Source: Aeromicrobium stalagmiti
GTDB lineage: Bacteria > Actinomycetota > Actinomycetes > Propionibacteriales > Nocardioidaceae
Assembly: GCF_013283745.1 (NCBI RefSeq)
Contig: NZ_JABSTZ010000001.1
Span: 428,406-452,405, forward strand
Direction of reading: 5' to 3'
Length of the DNA stretch: 24,000 nucleotides
Part shown: in pieces, positions 15,278 through 21,975 of the stretch
Numbering within the stretch: the stretch's first letter is position 1
Layout of the letters: the number at the start of each line of letters is the position of its first letter
Made by a program: the position numbers and the translations under genes
The notes under the pieces: generated by a model
The model's database searches: none
The model's input: only the letters and a program-made list of their open reading frames with translations
Told to the model about the DNA's origin: nothing

Positions 15278-16273
15278 TCAGATCGTCAGGCCCTTGAGGG
15301 CGGCCTCGGGGTAGCGGTCGCCCGCCGCGACGCCGACCGGTGCTGCCTCGGCCAGCGCGGCCAGGTCGGCCTCGGTGAGCTCGATGTCGGCGGCGGCGAC
15401 GTTCTCCTCGAGATACGTCCGACGCTTCGTGCCGGGGATCGCGACGACGCCGTCCTGGTGCAGCACCCACGCGAGCGCGAGCTGTCCGGGCGTGACGCCC
15501 TTGGCCTCGGCGAGCGCACGCACGCGGTCGACGACGCTCAGGTTGGCCGTCAGGTTCGCCTCGGTGAAGCGCGGGCTGCTCCGGCGGAAGTCGTCGGCGT
15601 CGAGGTCGTCGGCCGACGCGATCGCGCCGGTCAGCACACCGCGACCGAGCGGGGAGTACGCGACGAACGCGATGCCGAGCTCACGGGTCGTGTCGAGCAC
15701 GCCGTTGACCTCGGGCGACCGCTCGAAGAGCGAGTACTCCGTCTGCACCGCCGAGAGCGGGTGCGTCGCGTGGGCGCGCCGGATCGTCTCCGGCGAGGCC
15801 TCGGAGATCCCGAGGTAGCGGACCTTGCCCTCCTGGACGAGCTCGCCCATCGCGCCGAACGTCTCCTCGATCGGCGTGCTCGGGTCGACCCGGTGGATGT
15901 AGTAGAGGTCGATCGTGTCGCGGCCGAGGTTGCGCAGCGAGCGCTCGAGTGCCGTGCGCAGGTATGCCGGCGAGCCGTTCGGGCCGCGGCGCTCACCGTC
16001 GTCGGTGATCTCGACGCCGGTCTTGGTCGCCAGGGCGTACTCGCTGCTGCGGCTGCCGATCGTCCGACCGATGAGCCGCTCGTTGAGGAACGGTCCGTAC
16101 AGCTCGGCGGTGTCGATCAGGCTGACCCCCAGGTCGAGCGCCCGGTGCAGGGTCGCCGCGGACTCCTCGTCGTCCCGCGCGCCGTAGAACGCGGACATGC
16201 CCATCGCGCCGAGCCCCTCGACGCCGGCCTCGAGGCCCTGGCTTCCCCATGCTGTGGTCTTCATCTGCCCCAT
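15278..16273 (-). CDS. Aldo/keto reductase (copy 2; canonical Asp-Tyr-Lys-His tetrad positions present)
   Basis: 331 aa from the ATG at 16273 (MGQMKTTAWGSQGLE...) inside track ORF 15278..16744. Motifs are IDTAELYG, ATKTG, DLYYIHRVDP and VRYLGISE. The start overlaps the merR-family stop (TGATG). Confidence 0.9.
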   Translation of the reverse strand: MGQMKTTAWGSQGLEAGVEGLGAMGMSAFYGARDDEESAATLHRALDLGVSLIDTAELYGPFLNERLIGRTIGSRSSEYALATKTGVEITDDGERRGPNGSPAYLRTALERSLRNLGRDTIDLYYIHRVDPSTPIEETFGAMGELVQEGKVRYLGISEASPETIRRAHATHPLSAVQTEYSLFERSPEVNGVLDTTRELGIAFVAYSPLGRGVLTGAIASADDLDADDFRRSSPRFTEANLTANLSVVDRVRALAEAKGVTPGQLALAWVLHQDGVVAIPGTKRRTYLEENVAAADIELTEADLAALAEAAPVGVAAGDRYPEAALKGLTI

Positions 16274-16665
16274 CACTTCCCGTCCATCACTGCGGTCTTG
16301 TAGTAGTCGATCTTGCGGTTGATCGCCGTGAGGTGCGTCTGCACCTCGTCGAGCTGCTCCAGCACGTGGACGCGGTGCGCCTCGAGGATCGCGAGGCGGT
16401 CGGCCTCGGTCCCGTCGCGGCGGTAGAGCTCGACGAACTTCTTGATGTCGCGGATCGGCATGCCGGTCCGGCGCAGCATCACCAACGTCCCGAGCCACTT
16501 CACGTTCTGCTCGGTGTAGCGCCGCTGCCCCGACGACGAGCGCCCGGGGCGATGGAGGGTCAGGCCCTCCTTCTCGTAGTAGCGCAGGGTGTCGACGCTC
16601 AGGCCGCTCATCTGGGCGGCCGCGCTGATGGTGAGCCCCTCCGGGGGCACCTCGGTGACGGTCAT
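16273..16665 (-). CDS. MerR-family transcriptional regulator
   Basis: 130 aa from the ATG at 16665 (MTVTEVPPEGLTISAAAQMSGLSVDTLRYYEKEGL...). It has the typical MerR N-terminal wHTH plus a coiled-coil dimerisation helix. It is co-oriented with, and coupled to, AKR copy 2. Confidence 0.9.
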   Translation of the reverse strand: MTVTEVPPEGLTISAAAQMSGLSVDTLRYYEKEGLTLHRPGRSSSGQRRYTEQNVKWLGTLVMLRRTGMPIRDIKKFVELYRRDGTEADRLAILEAHRVHVLEQLDEVQTHLTAINRKIDYYKTAVMDGK

Positions 16666-16682
16666 GCTTCCAGCATGAACCT

Positions 16683-16696
16683 TGGAGTGCGCTCCA
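16683..16696. promoter_or_regulatory. Near-palindrome TGGAGTG|CGCTCCA in the MerR / SRPBCC divergent region (candidate MerR operator)
   Basis: 7-bp arms with one mismatch, 18 nt upstream of the merR-family ATG. On the minus strand it sits between a TTGTGC (-35-like) and a CATGCT (-10-like) hexamer, as expected for MerR spacer operators. Confidence 0.4.
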
Positions 16697-16785
16697 GCAC
16701 AAGTCGAACGACGGGGTGACTCCGCACGCGACGTCCCGGGCCACCGCTCGTGGTGGGGTCGGGGATCAACTGGCAGGATCGAGGC

Positions 16786-17268
16786 ATGACCGATCGCATC
16801 GAGACCGAGCGGCTCATCGCCGCCTCCCCGGCCGAGATCTTCGCCGTGCTGACCGATCCCCAGGGACATGTCGCGATCGACGCGACCGGCATGCTGCAGG
16901 ACGCCGACGGCGACCGGGTGACGGCGGCGGGCGACACGTTCGTGGTGCACATGGACCGCGAGTCGCTGGGCGACATCCCCGAGTACGGCACGTACGACGT
17001 CGAGGTGACGATCCGCGACTTCGTGCAGGACGAGCTCATCTCCTGGACGATCCTGGGTCGCGTCAGGCCCGGCATGGGGCACGTCTACGGCTACCGGCTG
17101 GTGCCCGAGCCCGACCACGGGACGCTGGTCGTCTCGTTCTACGACTGGTCCGAGATCACCCCGGAGTGGCGGGAGGCGGACATCTTCCCGGTCGTGTCCG
17201 AGACCGCCCTCAGCGGGACGCTCGGCATCCTCGACCGCACCGTCCGACGCGGCTACCCGCGCGGATGA
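16786..17268 (+). CDS. SRPBCC (polyketide cyclase/dehydrase, Bet v1-like) family protein
   Basis: 160 aa from the ATG at 16786 (MTDRIETERLIAASPAEIFAVLTDPQGH...), preferred over the track start at 16750 because of the upstream GGATCGAGG. The N-terminal pattern is typical of Polyketide_cyc2 proteins. Confidence 0.7.
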   Translation: MTDRIETERLIAASPAEIFAVLTDPQGHVAIDATGMLQDADGDRVTAAGDTFVVHMDRESLGDIPEYGTYDVEVTIRDFVQDELISWTILGRVRPGMGHVYGYRLVPEPDHGTLVVSFYDWSEITPEWREADIFPVVSETALSGTLGILDRTVRRGYPRG

Positions 17269-17582
17269 TCGTCGAGCAGGGCATCCTGCGCATCGTCCCG
17301 GGCGAGGAGGCCGCCTTCGAGCTGGCGATGGAGTCGGCGAAGACCATCATCGCGGCGATGCCGGGCTTTCGCCGGCTGCAGGTCTCGCGCGGCATCGAGG
17401 CCTCGGAGACGTACCTGCTGCTCGTCGAGTGGGACACCCTCGAGGACCACACGCAGGGGTTCCGCGGGTCGGTCGACTACGAGCGGTGGCGATCGGCGCT
17501 GCACCACTTCTACGACCCGTTCCCGGTCATCGAGCACTTCGCTCCCGTCATCGAGATCGATCGGACCATCGACAAGGTGTGA
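17265..17582 (+). CDS. Antibiotic-biosynthesis-monooxygenase (ABM, ferredoxin-like) domain protein
   Basis: 105 aa (MIVEQGILRIVPGEEAAFELAMESAKTIIAAMPGFRRLQVSRGIEASETYLLLVEWDTLEDH...). The ATG overlaps the SRPBCC stop (ATGA at 17265-17268). It is the tail of track ORF 16716..17582. Confidence 0.75.
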   Translation: MIVEQGILRIVPGEEAAFELAMESAKTIIAAMPGFRRLQVSRGIEASETYLLLVEWDTLEDHTQGFRGSVDYERWRSALHHFYDPFPVIEHFAPVIEIDRTIDKV

Positions 17583-17597
17583 CCTGGGTCACTAGGT

Positions 17598-17633
17598 TTG
17601 ACGTGGGCCCGACGGGTCGGGGGAGCACGTCAA
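17598..17633 (+). terminator. Nested stem-loop between the ABM gene and the SGNH hydrolase gene (terminator or 5'-UTR regulatory hairpin)
   Basis: Outer perfect 8-bp arms TTGACGTG / CACGTCAA enclose an inner stem CCCGA / TCGGG. The structure starts 16 nt after the ABM stop and ends 1 nt before the AAGGAG Shine-Dalgarno (17635-17640) of the next gene. There is no U-tract. Confidence 0.5.
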
Positions 17634-17648
17634 CCAAGGAGACACCGC

Positions 17649-18878
17649 ATGCTGCTGGTCCACCGGGTGCTGAGCACCCGAGCACGTCCGATCCTGGGGG
17701 CCGCGGCACTGCTGCTGGCCACGCTGCCCTTCACCGCGACGCCGGCCCAGGCCGACGGTCCCGGCGTGGGCGCACCGTGGGTCGTGTCGGTCGGTGACTC
17801 CTACATCTCCGGCGAGGCAGGTCGCTGGGCCGGCTCGTCCAACAGCAACAGCGCGGCAGCCGACGCCCTCGGCGGCACGGCCTACTTCGACAACGCCGGC
17901 AACAACGCCGAGCAGATCGACCGTTGCCACCGCAGCAAGAGCGCACAGGTCTACGTCGGCGGCGGCGTCAGCGGGCTCAACCTCGCGTGCTCCGGCGCGA
18001 CGACCGCGACGTCCGACGGCAGCACCTTCAAGCCCGGCCTCGACTTCTACGACAACGGCGCCGGCAAGATCGGGCAGGCCAAGGCCCTGCAGCAGTTCGC
18101 CTCGACCCACAACGTGCGGATGGTCAACGTCTCGATCGGGGGCAACGACTTCAACTTCGCGAGCGTCGTCCAGTCGTGCGTCGTCGACTTCCTCTACTCG
18201 CCGTCGTGGGCCAAGGACTACTGCAACGACGACAGCAGCGTGAAGGCCAACTTCACCGCCGCCAACGTCGCCGCGGTCAAGACCAAGGTCGCCACCGCGT
18301 ACCTCAACGTGCGCGCCGCGATGCGGAGCGCCGGCTACGCCGACAGCGCCTGGACGATGCTGGTGCAGAACTACCCCTCGCCGGTGCCGAACGGATCAGG
18401 GTTCCGCTACGGCCAGTCGGGCTACACGCGCCAGAGCACCGGCGGCTGCGGCTTCTGGAACAACGACGCCGACTGGGCCAACGCGACCGCGCTGCCGACG
18501 ATCAACAGCACCGTGACCGGTGCCATCAGCCAGGCCGGGATCACGAACGCCAGGACGCTCAACCTCGCGTCGGCCTACAACGGCCGCCGCCTGTGCGAGG
18601 CCGGGGTCGGGCTCTACGAGGAGGTCGGGCTCAGCTCGTGGACCCAGTCCACCGCCGTCGACCGCACCGAGTGGGTCAACCAGATCCGCACGGTCACGAC
18701 CGCCGGCAGCAGCCCGTACTACATCCAGGAGTCGCTGCACCCCAACTACTGGGGCCAGCTCGCCAACCGGTCGTGCGTCCGCCAGGCCTACAACGGCGGC
18801 GCTCCGCGTTCGGGCACGTGCGTGCGCAGCGGCAACGGCCTCACGACGCTCGGCGAGCCGAGGATGGCCCTGCAGTAG
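17649..18878 (+). CDS. Secreted SGNH/GDSL-family hydrolase (lipase/esterase)
   Basis: 409 aa from the ATG at 17649 (8 nt after AAGGAGA), preferred over the track start at 17598. The signal peptide is MLLVHRVLSTRARPILGAAALLLATLPFTATPAQA/DG. It carries block I VSVGDSYISGE, block III SIGGNDF and block V QESLHPN. Eight Cys residues are consistent with disulfides in an exported enzyme. Confidence 0.85.
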   Translation: MLLVHRVLSTRARPILGAAALLLATLPFTATPAQADGPGVGAPWVVSVGDSYISGEAGRWAGSSNSNSAAADALGGTAYFDNAGNNAEQIDRCHRSKSAQVYVGGGVSGLNLACSGATTATSDGSTFKPGLDFYDNGAGKIGQAKALQQFASTHNVRMVNVSIGGNDFNFASVVQSCVVDFLYSPSWAKDYCNDDSSVKANFTAANVAAVKTKVATAYLNVRAAMRSAGYADSAWTMLVQNYPSPVPNGSGFRYGQSGYTRQSTGGCGFWNNDADWANATALPTINSTVTGAISQAGITNARTLNLASAYNGRRLCEAGVGLYEEVGLSSWTQSTAVDRTEWVNQIRTVTTAGSSPYYIQESLHPNYWGQLANRSCVRQAYNGGAPRSGTCVRSGNGLTTLGEPRMALQ

Positions 18879-18901
18879 CCCGAGGGCCCGAGGGAGGTGG
18901 G

Positions 18902-19615
18902 TCAGCGTCCGGCCTGAAGCCTGAGACCGGCGAGCAGCAGGTCGAGGCCGGCGACGAACTGCTCGGCGTCGTCGTGGCCCTCGAACTCGTCGGTGATCTC
19001 GTGCAGGAACGGGAACTCGACGGGGTCGAGGGCTCGCCACTGCGCGACGAACCGCCCGAGGTACTCGTCGCGGTCGACCTCGCCGTCGAGGATCTCCTGG
19101 GGCGGCTGCTGCCCCAGGTCGGCGGCGATGCCGACCACGTAGCCGAGCACCGCGGACACGGCGTGGAACCGCTGCCGGGCCGTGAGGTCGAGCCGCAGCG
19201 CCTGCTGTCCGAGACGTTCGTAGAGCCTCAGCCCGTTGGGCTGCACCCCCGTGTCGCGCATGAAGTAGCCCCCCAGCCACGGTCGGTCGGCGACCGCGTC
19301 GAACAGCGTGATCGCGATGGCCCGTATCCCGTCGATCGGGTCGTCCTGCGCGGCCAGCTGCTCGGTGTCGGCGAGCACGTCGGCCAGGACGTGGTCGGCG
19401 GCCCGGTCGAGCAGCTCGTCCTTGCCCGAGACGTACCAGTAGATGCTGCCGACACCCGTCCGGAGGCGACCCGCCAGCGCGCGGAACGTCAGCGCCGACT
19501 CACCGGACTCGTCGAGCAGGGCCACCGCCTCGGTCAGCACCGCCTCCATCGAGTGCGACGCGCGCCGGCGTGGACCGGCGGGACGGGCGGGGGGTCGTTC
19601 ACGTGCGGGTGCCAT
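18902..19615 (-). CDS. TetR-family transcriptional repressor
   Basis: 237 aa. The HTH is ALTFRALAGRLRTGVGSIYWYVSGKDELL, followed by a TetR-type C-terminal ligand domain. An alternative start is M23 at 19549. It is divergent from the MFS gene. Confidence 0.9.
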   Translation of the reverse strand: MAPARERPPARPAGPRRRASHSMEAVLTEAVALLDESGESALTFRALAGRLRTGVGSIYWYVSGKDELLDRAADHVLADVLADTEQLAAQDDPIDGIRAIAITLFDAVADRPWLGGYFMRDTGVQPNGLRLYERLGQQALRLDLTARQRFHAVSAVLGYVVGIAADLGQQPPQEILDGEVDRDEYLGRFVAQWRALDPVEFPFLHEITDEFEGHDDAEQFVAGLDLLLAGLRLQAGR

Positions 19616-19644
19616 GACTCACATCCAATCAGGTCTTGCCGTAC

Positions 19645-19699
19645 ATCGAACACTGTTCTATCGTATAGAACGTCGTTCGATTGTCGAACGCCGTTCGAT
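19645..19699. promoter_or_regulatory. Operator array: six alternating half-sites (consensus ATCGAAC) forming three 7-3-7 palindromes between tetR-family and MFS genes
   Basis: The three sites are ATCGAAC-ACT-GTTCTAT (19645-19661), ATAGAAC-GTC-GTTCGAT (19665-19681) and GTCGAAC-GCC-GTTCGAT (19683-19699). The junction GTTCTAT-CGT-ATAGAAC (19655-19671) is itself a perfect palindrome. The array ends at the AGGAGG SD (19700-19705) of the MFS gene. Confidence 0.6.
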
Positions 19700-19712
19700 A
19701 GGAGGTGTCATC

Positions 19713-21188
19713 ATGACTCCCACCACCACGTCCACGCCGCCGCGGACCTACCCGTCCCTGCGAGCCGCCTGGATCCCCCTCGCCGCCCTCTGCCTCGCCT
19801 TCTTCGTCGAGATGGTCGACAACACCCTGCTGACGATCGCCCTGCCGACGATCGGCCGCGACCTCGACAGCGGCACCACGTCGCTGCAGTGGGTCACCGG
19901 CGCGTACTCACTGACGTTCGGAGGCCTGCTCCTCACCGCCGGCTCGATGGCCGACCGGCTCGGTCGCCGGCGCGTGCTGCTCGTCGGGCTCGTCGCCTTC
20001 GGCGTGGTCAGCGCCTGCGTCGTGCTCGTCTCCAGCGCCGGCGAGCTCATCGGCCTGCGGGCCGTGCTCGGCCTCACCGCCGCAGCCATGGCGCCCATCA
20101 CCAACTCCTTGGTGTTCCGTCTCTTCGACGACCAGGCGCTGCGCATGCGCGCCATGACGATCATGATCGTCGTCGGCCTGTCGGGCTTCATCCTCGGACC
20201 ACTCCTCGGCGGGACCGCGCTCGCCCACGTCAGCTGGGAGTGGCTGCTGCTCGTCAACGCCCCGATCGCGCTGATCGCGTTCGTGGGCGTACGCCTCGGC
20301 GTCCCGGCCGACCACCCGGACGACCTGACCTCGGATGCCCTCGACCTGCCCGGCGCCGTGCTGAGCATCGCCACGATCGGCCTCGCCTGCTACTCGCTCA
20401 CCAGCGGCGTCGAGCACGGCTGGCTCTCGGTCGTCACCCTCGCCTCGGTCCTCGGCGCCGTCGCCGCGGGCATCGCGTTCGTCCGGCACGAGCGCCGGGC
20501 CGCGGCACCCATGCTCGACCTCGGCCTGTTCGCGAACGGCACCGTCCGTGGCGCAGCGATCGCGCAGACCGGGACGTCGATCGCCATGGCCAGCGTGATG
20601 TTCGGGCTGATCCTGCACTTCCAGTACGCCTACGGGTGGAGCCCCGTCCGGGCCGGCCTGGCGAACCTGCCGCTGATCGCGACGATGATCCTGGCGACGC
20701 CGGTGTCGGAGTGGCTCGCCAAGCGCTTCGGGCACCGGATCGCCTGTCTCGTCGGCGCGGCCCTCCTGGCCGGTTCATTGGCCGGCATGGCTTGGAGCGT
20801 CGACCACGGCTACACCCCGATCGCGATCTCCATGGTTGTCATGACCATCGGGCTGCGCACCGTCATGACGATCTGCGCCGTCGCCCTCGTCGAGGCGATG
20901 CCGGCCAACCGCACCTCGATCGGCACCGCCCTCAACGACACCGCCCAGGAGGTGGGAACCAGCATCGGCACCGCCGTCGTCGGCACGCTGATCGCCGTGC
21001 TGGTCACGACCCAGCTGCCCGCGGGCACCTGGAGCAACGAGCTGGTCCAGTCGTTCTTCCACGGCGAGCGGGTGACGTACTCGATCCTCGCGGTGGTCGT
21101 CGGCCTGGTCGCCGCGCTCGGCGCCTCGACCCTGACGAGCTCTCGCAGCACCGACGAGCACGCCGCCGACACCCCACCGGCGCGGTGA
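19713..21188 (+). CDS. MFS transporter, DHA2 (EmrB/QacA-like, 14-TMS) drug:H+ antiporter family
   Basis: 491 aa from the ATG at 19713 (7 nt after AGGAGG) inside track ORF 19443..21188. Motifs are FFVEMVDNTLLTIALPTIGRDL and motif A GSMADRLGRRRVLLVG. There are many hydrophobic segments. Confidence 0.9.
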   Translation: MTPTTTSTPPRTYPSLRAAWIPLAALCLAFFVEMVDNTLLTIALPTIGRDLDSGTTSLQWVTGAYSLTFGGLLLTAGSMADRLGRRRVLLVGLVAFGVVSACVVLVSSAGELIGLRAVLGLTAAAMAPITNSLVFRLFDDQALRMRAMTIMIVVGLSGFILGPLLGGTALAHVSWEWLLLVNAPIALIAFVGVRLGVPADHPDDLTSDALDLPGAVLSIATIGLACYSLTSGVEHGWLSVVTLASVLGAVAAGIAFVRHERRAAAPMLDLGLFANGTVRGAAIAQTGTSIAMASVMFGLILHFQYAYGWSPVRAGLANLPLIATMILATPVSEWLAKRFGHRIACLVGAALLAGSLAGMAWSVDHGYTPIAISMVVMTIGLRTVMTICAVALVEAMPANRTSIGTALNDTAQEVGTSIGTAVVGTLIAVLVTTQLPAGTWSNELVQSFFHGERVTYSILAVVVGLVAALGASTLTSSRSTDEHAADTPPAR

Positions 21189-21207
21189 CTTCTCCACCGC
21201 GCTGGGG

Positions 21208-21975
21208 TCAGGAGCGGCGCAGGAGGTAGGCGTCCATGACCCAGCCCGCGCGAGCCTTGGCCTCGTCGCGGGCGGCGAGGACGGTCGGGAGGACGTCGCC
21301 GACCCGTCCGGCGACGAGCGCCTCGTCGGCTGTGCCGAGGTTGGCGCCCCACCAGATCTGCCAGTCGTCCAGGCCGTCGAGGTCGAGCCGCGCGTTGAGC
21401 ATCACCAGGACGTTGTCGGCACCGGCCTCGACCGCCTCGCGCAGCCGGCGGCCGGTCGTCACCAGGATCGGCTGGCCGATCTCGTGCAGCACGATCCGGT
21501 GGCGGGCCGCCAGCATCTGCAGGCTCGAGATGCCGGGGATGACGTCCCACTCCGCATCGACCCGGCCGCGCGCCAGCACCTTCTCGACGATGCGGATCGT
21601 CGAGTCGTAGAAGGCAGGATCGCCCCAGACCAGGAAGCCGGTGTCACCTTCGTGCTCGAGGATGGCCTGCTCGTACGCAGCGGCGCGGGCGTCGTGCCAG
21701 TCGACGACGACCCGGTCGTAGCCGGCAGCATCGGCAGTCGACGACGCCGACCGGTCGCGCTCTGGATCACGCACGGCCACGACGGGCGGGACGACGTCGA
21801 GGTGCCGCGCCAGCAACGCCTGCCGGGCCGCGAGCAACGGGTCGTCGCCTCCCTTGTCGGCCGTGACGAAGAAGTCGACCGACCGCAGCGCCTCGACGGC
21901 CTCGACCGTCACCTGGTCGGGGTGCCCCGCTCCGATGCCGATCACCCGGATGCGCCGCGGCCGGTCCGGCGTCAT
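21208..21975 (-). CDS. cobF: Precorrin-6A synthase (deacetylating), CobF
   Basis: 255 aa from the ATG at 21975 (MTPDRPRRIRVIGIGAGHPDQVTVEAVEAL...). Blocks FLVWGDPAFYDSTIRIVEKV, DVIPGISSLQMLAARHRI and GWVMDAYLLRR match my recollection of CobF. The start overlaps the cobN stop (ATGA). Confidence 0.9.
   Translation of the reverse strand: MTPDRPRRIRVIGIGAGHPDQVTVEAVEALRSVDFFVTADKGGDDPLLAARQALLARHLDVVPPVVAVRDPERDRSASSTADAAGYDRVVVDWHDARAAAYEQAILEHEGDTGFLVWGDPAFYDSTIRIVEKVLARGRVDAEWDVIPGISSLQMLAARHRIVLHEIGQPILVTTGRRLREAVEAGADNVLVMLNARLDLDGLDDWQIWWGANLGTADEALVAGRVGDVLPTVLAARDEAKARAGWVMDAYLLRRS

Noticed and set aside
16274-17118. Upstream extensions of the AKR copy 2 ORF (to 16744) and of the MerR ORF (to 17118)
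   Set aside because: The extensions overlap neighbouring genes or the promoter region and lack family features. Internal ATGs at 16273 and 16665 give proteins of normal family length.
18879-18894. Tandem direct repeat CCCGAGGG x2 between the convergent hydrolase and TetR genes, considered as a bidirectional terminator
   Set aside because: It cannot form a stable stem with a viable loop (only GGGCCC self-complementarity) and has no U/A tracts. It is probably chance sequence in a 23-bp gap.
19713-21188. The MFS DHA2 pump as the siderophore exporter
   Set aside because: It lies over 7 kb away, behind several unrelated modules. It has its own TetR repressor and operator array and no iron box. 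A local drug or metabolite efflux role is more parsimonious.
17924-21229. 1101-aa plus-strand ORF, the longest in the track
   Set aside because: It runs out of frame through the SGNH hydrolase gene, antisense through the TetR gene, across the operator region and out of frame through the MFS gene. Its composition is almost pure Arg/Pro/Gly/Asp/His. It is a GC artefact, not a giant protein.
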